A stretch of DNA of 64,000 nt, from assembly GCA_046313635.1 (NCBI GenBank), contig JBKBYA010000011.1:32001-96000 (forward strand). Direction: 5' to 3'. Position numbers and translations under genes: made by a program. Below the pieces are notes generated by a model that was not told the origin of the DNA, did no database searches, and saw only the letters and a list, made by a program, of their open reading frames with translations. Source of the DNA: Pyrinomonadaceae bacterium (GTDB taxonomy: Bacteria > Acidobacteriota > Blastocatellia > Pyrinomonadales > Pyrinomonadaceae). This document shows, piece by piece, positions 9,790 to 19,098 of this stretch (the stretch's first letter is position 1; every line of letters starts with the position of its first letter).

Positions 9790-10628
9790 TACGAACATCC
9801 TTCGTCCTAACTATCATCGCCGCCGCCGTCGCCTGCTCCGCTCACGCGCAGACGGCGGCGGGCATCCGCTCGGTCGACTTCAAGAACTTCACATACTCAC
9901 CCTTCTGCGCCGGCGACAAGCCCGAGCGCGTCACCGTCAAGAATGGCGAATACTCCTACGAAAAGCAGGAGGCCGATTATGTCGATCGGATGTTCTTCCA
10001 GGTCTTCTCGATCAACTACGGCGACGCGACTGGCGATGGCAAGGACGAGGCGGTCGTCCTGACCGTCTGCAGCACCGGCGGGACGGGCAACTTTTCGGAA
10101 GGATTTGTCTATACGATGCGGGCCGGCAAACCGGTGCTCCTCGCCCGCATTCCCGGCGGGGACCGCGGCTATGGCGGCCTGCGTGGCGCCGGCGTGCAGG
10201 ACGGGCTGATCGTCGTCGATTCGAATGACGTCGGCGACACGGGAGCGGCTTGCTGCCCGGACTTTATCGTCACGACGCGCTACCGGCTGCAGGGCGGCAA
10301 GCTCGTTCGGTCGGGCCAGGCCGAACGCCGTCCGATCTATCCCGCACAGCGTGTCACTTTTGCTCGAGGCGCGAGCGGCGCGACGCTGAGGCTCCTGCTC
10401 CCTGCCGGCGAGGGCAAACGACTTATCGTCGGCGCACGGGCCGGACAGATACTGAGCGTCTCGACCGATTCCGAATCGGTTGATCTGCGACTGCTCGAGG
10501 ACGCACAGATAACACAGGACGTCGGCGGATTTTCCGCACGCCTGCCGAAGAGCGGCGACTATACGATCCAGCTCTCCAACTTTGAGAGCAGACCGCTGCC
10601 GGTCACCGTCAATATCAAGATCCGATAA
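9786..10628 (+). CDS. Secreted hypothetical protein (LppP/LprE-like segment plus C-terminal beta-sandwich)
   Basis: Signal peptide, GDATGDGKDEA, ACCP, LPKSGDYTI; overlaps terC stop. Confidence 0.7.
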   Translation: MIRTSFVLTIIAAAVACSAHAQTAAGIRSVDFKNFTYSPFCAGDKPERVTVKNGEYSYEKQEADYVDRMFFQVFSINYGDATGDGKDEAVVLTVCSTGGTGNFSEGFVYTMRAGKPVLLARIPGGDRGYGGLRGAGVQDGLIVVDSNDVGDTGAACCPDFIVTTRYRLQGGKLVRSGQAERRPIYPAQRVTFARGASGATLRLLLPAGEGKRLIVGARAGQILSVSTDSESVDLRLLEDAQITQDVGGFSARLPKSGDYTIQLSNFESRPLPVTVNIKIR

Positions 10629-10647
10629 GACCAAGAGGATACGATCT

Positions 10648-12246
10648 ATGTTTCGAAAGCTCACTTCAATCTTGCTCGCGGTCGTGCTGCTCGCTGCCGC
10701 CGTGCCCGTAACGCCTGCCGTAACCGCCGAGCAGTACGACCTCGTCATCACCAACGCCCGCATCGTCGACGGCACGGGCAATCCGTGGTTCAGAGGCTCG
10801 ATCGCGATCAGGGACGGGCGGATCGCAAGGGTCGGATTCTTCGACGCATCGAGCGCGAAGCAGACGATCGACGCAAAGAACAGCGTCGTCGCGCCGGGCT
10901 TCATCGACGTGCATACCCACGTGGAGGACATTTACTCGAACCCGAGCGCCGAGAACTTTATCCGCATGGGCGTCACCTCGCTCATCACCGGCAACTGCGG
11001 CGGCTCGGCCGTCGATATCAAGAAGTTTCTCGGCCGCATGCAGACCACGCCGCTCGCCGCCAATCTCGGTACGCTCATCGCTCACGGCAGCGTTCGCTCG
11101 GCCGTCGTCGGGCTCGACAACCGCGCTCCTACCGCCGAAGAGCAGGCAAAGATGAACGAGCTCGTCGAGCAAGGCATGCGCGACGGAGCGGTCGGCCTGT
11201 CGACCGGCCTGATCTACGTTCCCGGCACATACGCCAAGACCGAAGAGGTCGTCGAGCTCGCCAAGGCCGCGGCCAAATTCGGCGGCGTTTACGCGAGCCA
11301 CATCCGCGACGAGGGCAACGGCGTCGCCGATGCGATCAAGGAGGCAATCAACATCGGCGAGCAGGCGAATATGCCGGTCGAGATATCGCACTTCAAGATC
11401 TCTTCGAAGGCGCTTTGGGGCCAGAGCCCGATGACGATCGGTCTCGTCAAGGCCGCTCGCGAACGCGGGCTGACGATAACGGTCGATCAGTATGCTTATA
11501 CGGCGTCGTCAACGTCGCTCGATTCGCGCATTCCGAGCTGGGCGATCGCCGGCGGCCGCAAAAAAGGCGTCGAGCGCCTCGCCGACCCCGCGACGCGCGA
11601 AAAGGTCGTCAAGGAGATGAAGGCCGATCTCAAGGAAAAGAAATTCAAGGACTACAGCCACGCGTACGTCGCGAGCTACGCGCCGAATCCCGAGTTCAAC
11701 GGCAAGAACATCGCCGAGATCACCCTCATGACACGTAAGAGCAAAAAGGTCGACGACCAGATCGCGCAGATCCTCGAGATGTACGAGAAGGGCGGGGCCG
11801 GGATGGTCTACCGCGTGATGGACGAGACGGACGTGCAGCGGATAATGCGCGAGCCCTTTACGATGATCGCATCGGACAGCGGCGTGCGTAAGTTCGGCGA
11901 GGGCGTGCCGCACCCGCGCGGCTACGGTAACAACGCACGCGTGCTCGGCCGTTACGTCCGCGAGCTCGGCGTCATCTCGCTCGAGGATGCGATCCGCAAG
12001 ATGACGTCTCTGCCGGCGCAGACATTCGGCCTGCGCGACCGAGGCCAGATCCGTGAGGGCTTTGCGGCAGACCTCGTGATCTTTGACCCTGCTGCGGTCG
12101 CCGACAAGGCGACGATGGAGCAGCCTCATCAATACGCGGTCGGATTTTCCGCAGTCATCGTCAACGGTCAGGTGGTCTTTGACGGAGAGAAGATGACCGG
12201 CGCGATGCCGGGTCAGCCTATGTACGGCAACGGTTACGGCAGATGA
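10648..12246 (+). CDS. N-acyl-D-amino-acid deacylase family amidohydrolase, secreted
   Basis: PGFIDVHTH, GLSTGLIYVPG, SHIRDEG, ASDSG, PHPRGYG; signal peptide. Confidence 0.92.
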   Translation: MFRKLTSILLAVVLLAAAVPVTPAVTAEQYDLVITNARIVDGTGNPWFRGSIAIRDGRIARVGFFDASSAKQTIDAKNSVVAPGFIDVHTHVEDIYSNPSAENFIRMGVTSLITGNCGGSAVDIKKFLGRMQTTPLAANLGTLIAHGSVRSAVVGLDNRAPTAEEQAKMNELVEQGMRDGAVGLSTGLIYVPGTYAKTEEVVELAKAAAKFGGVYASHIRDEGNGVADAIKEAINIGEQANMPVEISHFKISSKALWGQSPMTIGLVKAARERGLTITVDQYAYTASSTSLDSRIPSWAIAGGRKKGVERLADPATREKVVKEMKADLKEKKFKDYSHAYVASYAPNPEFNGKNIAEITLMTRKSKKVDDQIAQILEMYEKGGAGMVYRVMDETDVQRIMREPFTMIASDSGVRKFGEGVPHPRGYGNNARVLGRYVRELGVISLEDAIRKMTSLPAQTFGLRDRGQIREGFAADLVIFDPAAVADKATMEQPHQYAVGFSAVIVNGQVVFDGEKMTGAMPGQPMYGNGYGR

Positions 12247-12339
12247 GGCGGCGCCAGCTGCAAAAGCAGAAGCTCCAACCCGCAAAGCTGGACGCCCGCC
12301 CGCAAACCAAGTGTGCGGCCGCACGGCCCGGCCGCATAA

Positions 12340-12545
12340 AAGAAAAGGCCGCCGCTTGATGCGGCAGCCTAACTTTTCAGCTACTCATTTATGGTCAAGG
12401 GCATTGCGCCGACGAGACCTTAAGAGTGTTCCTGGAGGGCCGATCTCCCAAAGCTACTTTCCGGGCCGGATTTCACGTTCGGGCGGCTCGCAGGCCGGAA
12501 GCTTATTTTGCAAGTTTCCTTAGATTTCTGAACCGATTCAGTGTC
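12340..12545 (-). ncRNA. Candidate ~200-nt structured small RNA
   Basis: Bounded by sigma70-like promoter (12550-12579) and intrinsic terminator (12338-12370); several hairpins; no credible ORF. Confidence 0.5.
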
Positions 12546-12549
12546 GACA

Positions 12550-12595
12550 ATATTACAAAACCAGCGGACTCGATGTCAATATTTTTTTCTTTTTC
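12550..12595 (-). promoter_or_regulatory. Sigma70-like promoter with A-rich UP element
   Basis: Minus strand TTGACA-18nt-TAATAT preceded by AAAAAGAAAAAAATA. Confidence 0.6.
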
Positions 12596-12641
12596 GCGGC
12601 CGCTGTCGTTGCCTGGCGGACTGCCGTCACCGGCAATAAAG

Positions 12642-12739
12642 GCCGGGCCGGGAGCAGCGTTCATTCAATTTAATGCTGCCCGCTTTGAACCCCTCGACGA
12701 TAGACGTATCTAGTCTGAAGGTTCGCTCCGCAGCCCGAC
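12642..12739 (-). ncRNA. Candidate structured RNA, unit B
   Basis: Closing stem gtcgggctgcggagc/gctcccggcccggc, inner gaacc/ggttc stem, 36-nt motif shared with unit A. Confidence 0.45.
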
Positions 12740-12778
12740 ACACGTCATATAGAGGCAATCAGCGGTCCGTTTCAATAT

Positions 12779-12947
12779 AAAAAAAAGACAGGCCATTTCC
12801 CCTGTCCTTAACTCGATCAACGCCGTCCCGGCTAGTTCGGAAGCGCCAGACCACCGAGACAGCGTTTATTCAATTTAATGTTAACCGCTTTGAACTCTCC
12901 TGGTTCAGATTTCTCCAAATTCGGAGAATAAACCCGGTGATCTGACG
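12779..12947 (-). ncRNA. Candidate structured RNA, unit A, with terminator
   Basis: Extended -10 TGGTATAAG at 12953-12961; closing stem cgtcagatcaccggg/ctcggtggtctggcg; terminator gacagg...cctgtc+T-run at 12779-12807. Confidence 0.5.
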
Positions 12948-13000
12948 TTGGACTTATACCATAGTTCGGTTTTGCCGAAAAGTCTGGACAAAGACCCGCC

Positions 13001-13888
13001 CTACTCGCCGCGATCAAAGAAATCGGCCGGCACCGCGGTCTCAAACGTAATGTTATTACGCGTTTGCGGGTGCGGGATGACCAGCCGGTGCGCGTGCAGG
13101 CACAGTCGCGGAAACGCTCGGCCGCCACGCTGAACGTCGCCGACGATCGGATGTCCCGATGCCGCACAGTGGATGCGGAGCTGATTTGTCCGCCCCGTCA
13201 CGGGCTCGAGTTCGACAAGCGTCGACGCGTCAAACCTCTCGATCACACGAAACCTCGTCACGCTCGGCTTGCCGTCCTCTTTAACGTCCCAGAACTTTCG
13301 CTCGGCAAATCGCCCGATCGGCAGATCGATGACGCCCTCGTCCGCGCCGACGACGCCGGCGACGAGCGCTGCATATCGCTTTTCGACCCGCCGTTTCAAA
13401 AAGCTCTCAGACAGCCGCCGGTGGGCGTCGATCGTACGAGCGACGACCATTAAGCCCGAAGTTTCTTTATCGAGCCGGTGTACCAGTCCCGGCCGGATTC
13501 GGTCGGCACCACCGTCGAGTTTGGAGTTGAGGTAATGCGCGAGGCCGTTCAGGAGCGTTCCGTGCTTGTCGCGATGCGTCGGATGGACCAGCATCCCGGC
13601 CGGCTTATTTACCACGAGCAGCCAGCGGTCCTCGAAAACGATATCAAGCGGAATGTCCTCGGCGCGCATGGCCGTGCCGCGCGAGAGGTCGGCCTCGACC
13701 TCGACAAAGTCGCCCGCGCGCAGCTTGCGGCCGAGATCGGCGAAGTCGCCGTTGACCTGGACCTTACCGTCTCGGACGAGCTGCCGCAGGTACATTCGGC
13801 TGAGCATATGCAGCCGCCGAAAGAGAAATTGGTCGAGCCGCTCCCGGCGGGCATCGGATCCGACTGTCAGATGTATCGTCTCGTGCAC
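13001..13888 (-). CDS. RluA/RluD family pseudouridine synthase
   Basis: S4-like N-terminus, NKPAGMLVHP, HRLDKETSG, TGRTNQLRIH. Confidence 0.95.
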   Translation of the reverse strand: MHETIHLTVGSDARRERLDQFLFRRLHMLSRMYLRQLVRDGKVQVNGDFADLGRKLRAGDFVEVEADLSRGTAMRAEDIPLDIVFEDRWLLVVNKPAGMLVHPTHRDKHGTLLNGLAHYLNSKLDGGADRIRPGLVHRLDKETSGLMVVARTIDAHRRLSESFLKRRVEKRYAALVAGVVGADEGVIDLPIGRFAERKFWDVKEDGKPSVTRFRVIERFDASTLVELEPVTGRTNQLRIHCAASGHPIVGDVQRGGRAFPRLCLHAHRLVIPHPQTRNNITFETAVPADFFDRGE

Positions 13889-14030
13889 GGAATGGATGGG
13901 TACTTCGGCTCACGCCAGGGCCGCCTTCTTTGTTTATCATACGCCGCGGCACCGCCGCCGCCGGAATCGCACCTCCTCGACAACACTTCCGGCCGGAGTT
14001 TATCTTTGTCTTTGCCAAGCTCCGCAACCG

Positions 14031-16688
14031 ATGAATACCGATCCGCCTTCGATCCAGGATCCAGACGGCCTCCGACCCGACCCGCCCGATGCCGGACGCT
14101 TTCTCGACGATCTTTCGGTTCGCGATCCGCGTGAATTCAAGCGTCTGCAAAAGGACGACGCCCTGCGCTCCGACGTCGCGACGCTGGCGGCGTACAGCCC
14201 GCTGCTGGCGGCGACGATGCTGCAGAATCCGTCGTACATCTCCTGGCTCGGGCGTGAGCGTGCGGACATTCGCATCCGCAGCAAGGACCAGCTTCTCGAG
14301 TCGCTCGCGCGATTTGCGCTGACACATTCGCAGCTCGAGCCGCACGACCTGCTGTCGCGTTTTCGACGGCGCGAGCTGCTGCGCGTTTACCTTCGCGACA
14401 TCCGTCGTCTCGCGACCGTCAGCGAGATCACCGAGGAGATCTCTAATCTCGCCGACGCCGTGCTCGAGTACGCACTGCGCATCGCGACGCAGGAGATGGA
14501 TAACCGTTACGGCGGCCCGCAGACGCGCGACGCGCGCGGGCGGCTGCGGCCGGCCGTGTTTTGCGTCGTCGCTCTCGGCAAGCTCGGCTCGCTCGAGCTG
14601 AACTACTCGTCCGACATCGATCTGCTGTTTCTCTACTCCGACGACGGCGAGACGTCGGGTGCCGGCTCGCGCGGCAGCGTCACAAACCGAGAGTATTTCG
14701 TCAAGCTCGCCGAGCAGATCGTGCGCATTGTCGGCCAACAGTCGGGCGAGGGAGCGGCTTACCGCATCGACCTTCGGCTCAGGCCGCACGGCACGCTCGG
14801 TGCTCTCGCCATCTCGCTCGGCGACGCGGTCCGCTATTACCAACGCGACGCGCGAATTTGGGAACGCCAGGTTCTGATCCGCTCGCGAGCGAGCGCGGGC
14901 GATCTCGAGCTTTTTCGAGAGTTCCAGCGGCGCACGACGCCGCTCATCTACTCGAACGATCAGGATGTTGACGCGGCCTTAGCGAGCGTAAGGCTTTCGA
15001 AGCAGATGATCGACGTTCACGCGCGCGAGTCTGCAGGCTACAACGTCAAGCTCGGCCGCGGCGGCATTCGCGAGATCGAATTCATCGCCCAGGCTCTGCA
15101 GCTCGCGCACGGCGGACGCGACCGCTGGCTGCGGGCTTCGCACACGCTGATCAGCCTCTCACGGCTTGCCGATCGTGGTCTGATCAGCTCGCGGGAGCAG
15201 ACCGAGCTATTCAACGCGTACGATTTTTTGCGGCGGCTCGAGCATGTGCTTCAGATGGAGCACGGTCTGCAGACGCACACGCTGCCCGATGCCGGGCCGC
15301 CACGGCGGCTTGCCGCGGCGAGAATGGGGTATCGTGACCTGCAGGCCTTTGACGCGGAGATCCGTGAGCACACCGGGAATGTCCACGCCGTGTTTCGAAG
15401 AATATTCGGCGAGGTGGACACGACCGTTCCTGCCCCCGAGGACGAGTCATCTGCCGCGCTGCCGATGCCAAACTTCGCCGATAACCGAGAGAGGTCTCAC
15501 GCCGACCGCCGCGTGCCCGTGATCGCTCCCTTCTTCCAGCGTCTGCTCGAGTCGGCCAAGACCAGCCTCGTCGACCTTCCGCCGCCGTCGAACGAAGCCG
15601 AGATCAAGGCCGCGCTCGATCGCGCGGCGTCGAGCGGAGCGTTTCGCCAACGTCTCGCTGAAATTCGCCGCGTCTGGGCCGTCGAGATTTTGAAGATCGC
15701 CGCCGCCGATCTCGACGGCTCGATCACGATATCCGAGGCGAAGAGGCTGCAGACGGCTCTTGCCGACGCGAGCGTTGCCGCGGCGCTGAAGGTCGTCGCC
15801 GACGAACTGCTTCCGCTCCGCGATGCGCCGATGCGTCTGTCCGTCCTCGGCCTCGGCAAGCTCGGCGGCCGCGGCGTCGATCACGGATCGGACCTCGACG
15901 TGGTCCTGGTCTACCGGCCGTCTGACAGCGAGCCGGCCGACGATATGACGGACGCCGAATTTTACGCCAAGGCCGCGGAGCTTTTTATCACGACGCTCTC
16001 CGGCGTGACCCGCGACGGCAATCTCTATCGCGTCGACCTCCGGCTGCGGCCGTACGGCAAGAATGGCAGCAGTGTCATTTCGCGGCCCGCGTTTGCAGAA
16101 TATATCCAACGCCGCGCCGCGATCTGGGAATTGCTCGCCTACGCAAAGGTGCGTCACGCAGCGGGCGGCGAGGACGGCCTAATGCTCGAATCCGAAGTGC
16201 GGTCGCTCGTCCACGCACGCGCGGCCGCGACGCCCGCGCGCGAGCTGGCGTCGCAGACCGCCGAGATCCGCCGTCGTCTCGAGATCGAACGCGGGCGCCC
16301 TCGCGGCCGCTCAGAGATCGACATCAAGTACGGCGAGGGCGGCATGCTCGACATCTATTTTGCGACCCGCTACCTGCAGCTGCGCGACAACATTCCGGAT
16401 GACGACCAAACGCGTGCGACCGGCCCGGTCCTGGACAAGCTTCTCCGCCACGGCTCGATCGACCGGTCGGATCACGACGCGCTCCGCCGAGGTTACGAAT
16501 TCTTTTCCGAGCTCGACCACCACCTACGCCTCCTCACCGGCCGCACGACGCGACTGCAGCTCGCCAACCGGCCGCTCCTGGACGCGATCGCCGAACGAAT
16601 GCACCTGGCACGCCGCTCCGACCTGATCGAGCGTCTCTCACTGCTCCGGGTCGAAGTTCGGCAGGCTTACGAAAATGTTGTGAAATAG
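14031..16688 (+). CDS. glnE: Glutamine synthetase adenylyltransferase/adenylyl-removing enzyme
   Basis: Two nucleotidyltransferase domains: GKLGSLELNYSSDIDL...RIDLRLRP and GKLGGRGVDHGSDLD...RVDLRLRP; start chosen at ATG 14031 to avoid overlapping rluA. Confidence 0.93.
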   Translation: MNTDPPSIQDPDGLRPDPPDAGRFLDDLSVRDPREFKRLQKDDALRSDVATLAAYSPLLAATMLQNPSYISWLGRERADIRIRSKDQLLESLARFALTHSQLEPHDLLSRFRRRELLRVYLRDIRRLATVSEITEEISNLADAVLEYALRIATQEMDNRYGGPQTRDARGRLRPAVFCVVALGKLGSLELNYSSDIDLLFLYSDDGETSGAGSRGSVTNREYFVKLAEQIVRIVGQQSGEGAAYRIDLRLRPHGTLGALAISLGDAVRYYQRDARIWERQVLIRSRASAGDLELFREFQRRTTPLIYSNDQDVDAALASVRLSKQMIDVHARESAGYNVKLGRGGIREIEFIAQALQLAHGGRDRWLRASHTLISLSRLADRGLISSREQTELFNAYDFLRRLEHVLQMEHGLQTHTLPDAGPPRRLAAARMGYRDLQAFDAEIREHTGNVHAVFRRIFGEVDTTVPAPEDESSAALPMPNFADNRERSHADRRVPVIAPFFQRLLESAKTSLVDLPPPSNEAEIKAALDRAASSGAFRQRLAEIRRVWAVEILKIAAADLDGSITISEAKRLQTALADASVAAALKVVADELLPLRDAPMRLSVLGLGKLGGRGVDHGSDLDVVLVYRPSDSEPADDMTDAEFYAKAAELFITTLSGVTRDGNLYRVDLRLRPYGKNGSSVISRPAFAEYIQRRAAIWELLAYAKVRHAAGGEDGLMLESEVRSLVHARAAATPARELASQTAEIRRRLEIERGRPRGRSEIDIKYGEGGMLDIYFATRYLQLRDNIPDDDQTRATGPVLDKLLRHGSIDRSDHDALRRGYEFFSELDHHLRLLTGRTTRLQLANRPLLDAIAERMHLARRSDLIERLSLLRVEVRQAYENVVK

Positions 16689-16742
16689 CCGCGTGGCCCC
16701 GACGCTGTATCGCTCGACCTGTTATATGATTCACGGCTGGAG

Positions 16743-17819
16743 ATGAAGCTCGCTGTCCTTGCCTTTATTCTCGCTCTCTCGGTGACGGCTCAGTCACAGT
16801 CTCGCCGCAGCCGCGGTTATTCGGAGAGCGCCGCCCGTACCGAAAGGTCCTCGCCCACCGATCCGCGGCCGATGCCGCCGGCCGGGGACGACGACGTCGT
16901 CCGCGTCAAGACCGACCTGGTTACCGTGCCCGTCCGCGTCTCGTCGCGCGACGGCCGCGGTGTTACCGATCTCAAGCAGTCCGAGTTCAAGATATTTGAG
17001 AACGGCGTCGAACAGCAGATCGCATACTTTGCCGACGACGATCAGCCGTTCACGGTCGCGCTGCTGCTCGACATGAGCTACTCGACGGTCTTCAAGCTGC
17101 GCGATATACAGGTCGCGGCCGACCTTTTTATCGGTCAACTGAAGGGCGACGACCGCGTGATGATCGTCGCCTTTGACGAGAAGGTCCGCGTACTGTGCGA
17201 AGCGACGAGCGACCGCCGCGCGCTGCGTCTGGCGATCGAGGCGACGCGCGTCGGCTCGGGCACGAGCGTCTATGACGCCCTCGACCGCACGATCAACGAT
17301 CGGCTCCGCGGCGTGCAGGGCCGGAAGGCCGTCGTCCTGCTTACCGACGGTGTCGACACAAGCAGCCGGCTTGCGACGGCGCGTTCGGTGCTGCGCGATC
17401 TCTCTGAGACGGACACGCTCGTCTTTCCGATCCGTTACAGCACCTACGACGACGTACGAAAAAATCGTCAGAAGAATGCTCCGATCCTCTACGACGAAGA
17501 CGATCGTCCCTACGTCGCCGAGGCTCCGCCGACGATGGGCGAGCGCTCGGAGGATTACCGGTTCGCCGACCGTTTTCTCGAGCAGCTCGCCGAAGAGACG
17601 GGCGGCCGGCTGTACCGTGCATCGACAAATTCCAACCTCAATTCGGCCTTTGCGGCCATTTCCGCCGAACTTCGCAAAACATATAGTTTGGGTTATTATC
17701 CATCCGTCGAACGCCGGCCAGGAGAGAGTTATACGATCAGGGTGCGGATCTACCGGCCCAACCTGATCATCCGGGCAAGAGAGCGGTTCTTAGGTTCGCG
17801 CGGCGAAACCCCCAGATGA
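16743..17819 (+). CDS. Secreted VWA-domain protein (Acidobacterial VWFA-related type)
   Basis: VKTDLVTVPV, FKIFENG, LLDMSYS (MIDAS-like), LTDGVD, ETGGR, YSLGYYP. Confidence 0.9.
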   Translation: MKLAVLAFILALSVTAQSQSRRSRGYSESAARTERSSPTDPRPMPPAGDDDVVRVKTDLVTVPVRVSSRDGRGVTDLKQSEFKIFENGVEQQIAYFADDDQPFTVALLLDMSYSTVFKLRDIQVAADLFIGQLKGDDRVMIVAFDEKVRVLCEATSDRRALRLAIEATRVGSGTSVYDALDRTINDRLRGVQGRKAVVLLTDGVDTSSRLATARSVLRDLSETDTLVFPIRYSTYDDVRKNRQKNAPILYDEDDRPYVAEAPPTMGERSEDYRFADRFLEQLAEETGGRLYRASTNSNLNSAFAAISAELRKTYSLGYYPSVERRPGESYTIRVRIYRPNLIIRARERFLGSRGETPR

Positions 17820-17882
17820 CCGACGCTCCAGGCCGGCTCGTATTCACCCGATCACTTTTCCCAACTGAGGAGCTTATTGAGT

Positions 17883-18749
17883 ATGAAAGTTAGAGGATTG
17901 TACTTTGTGTTTTCGCTGTGCCTGCTCGTGTGCATGGCCTCGGTCGCCGCGGCGCAGGAGACGATGTCAAACGACGACGTCATCTCGCTCACCAAGGCCG
18001 GCCTCGCCCCAAGCGTCGTTATCGGCAAGATCCGCACGTCAAAGGCAAATTTTGACCTCTCGACCGACGGCCTGATCAAACTCAAGCAGGCCGGCGTCGG
18101 CGACGACGTCGTCGCGGCCATGCTCGAAGCAAAGGCCGGCAAATCGATCACGGCACCGGCCGGCGGAGCCGATGCGGCCGGCGACCCCAACGATCCGATG
18201 TCGAAGCACAGCTATGGCATCTATCTTTACGAAGAAAGGGACGGCCAGCGCCGGATGACGCAGCTCAAGCCCAATGTCTCGGCTCAGAACCGCACGGGCG
18301 GGATGTTCACCGCATCTGTAACGCCCTTCGGCTTGGGCAAGGTAAAGACCAAGGCCAACCTGCCCGGGCGGACCGCCGAGATGCAGATCACAACGACGGC
18401 CCCGGTCTTTTATTTTTACCTCGACGTCACGAGCGGAGGACTCAACACCGCGAGCGGCATCCCGTCCAGCCCGAGCGAGTTCACTCTCGTACGCTTCAAC
18501 CAGCGCAGCGATAACCGAGAGGTCACGATAGCAAAGGCCAACTCATGGGGCGGGAAGGGCGGCCTCTCGGACGAGTATGTCGTCCCGCTCAAGGCCGAAG
18601 ATCTCGGCAACGGCATTTTCCGTGTGACCCCGACCGTCGAACTTAAAAAAGGCGAGTACGGCTTTTACCTCGTCAACTCGGGCAACTCGAACGTCAACGC
18701 CGGTATCGGCTCAAAGTTCTTCGACTTTGGCATCAACCCCGTGCCGTAA
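17883..18749 (+). CDS. Secreted hypothetical protein
   Basis: Signal peptide; MSNDDVISLTKAGL...LIKLKQAGV small helical module; LKKGEYGF. Confidence 0.8.
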   Translation: MKVRGLYFVFSLCLLVCMASVAAAQETMSNDDVISLTKAGLAPSVVIGKIRTSKANFDLSTDGLIKLKQAGVGDDVVAAMLEAKAGKSITAPAGGADAAGDPNDPMSKHSYGIYLYEERDGQRRMTQLKPNVSAQNRTGGMFTASVTPFGLGKVKTKANLPGRTAEMQITTTAPVFYFYLDVTSGGLNTASGIPSSPSEFTLVRFNQRSDNREVTIAKANSWGGKGGLSDEYVVPLKAEDLGNGIFRVTPTVELKKGEYGFYLVNSGNSNVNAGIGSKFFDFGINPVP

Positions 18750-18805
18750 ACGAAAAGGCCGGGCGGGCCTTAAGGCGCAGTGCCCAGAAATGTTGTAGTC
18801 GCCGA

Positions 18806-19012
18806 CTACACCAAGATTTCCCTTTCCGGAAATTCATGCCAGCACCGCGTGCAGAAGCGGTGCATTTTTCTGTCTTCTTTTTTGTAGATGGCCGAGCCGG
18901 GGAGGCTTTCGGTGAGGCGGCGTTCGTCGTCCGTGAGGTCGTCGTAGTGGACGATGCGGTGAAAGCCGCACTTCGGGCAGGCGTCGGTGAATGGTGCGTT
19001 TAGCTGCGGCAT
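18806..19012 (-). CDS. Small zinc-ribbon-like protein
   Basis: 68 aa with CPKC and CTRC pairs; fits intergenic gap. Confidence 0.55.
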   Translation of the reverse strand: MPQLNAPFTDACPKCGFHRIVHYDDLTDDERRLTESLPGSAIYKKEDRKMHRFCTRCWHEFPEREILV

Positions 19013-19098
19013 TGCGCTTTTTGCTCGGGCGGAGATTCGGTTTAGTATTCTACCAGCAAATCCGGACCATTTATTCGACCTGTCTGATCACACCGACG

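Noticed and set aside
12655..12895. 36-bp repeat pair as a CRISPR array
   Set aside because: Only two copies, 169 bp apart, each embedded in its own stem-loop unit; no cas genes in the window.
13566..14030. 155-aa N-terminal extension of GlnE in the ORF track
   Set aside because: Overlaps the antisense pseudouridine synthase gene; ATG 14031 is the plausible start.
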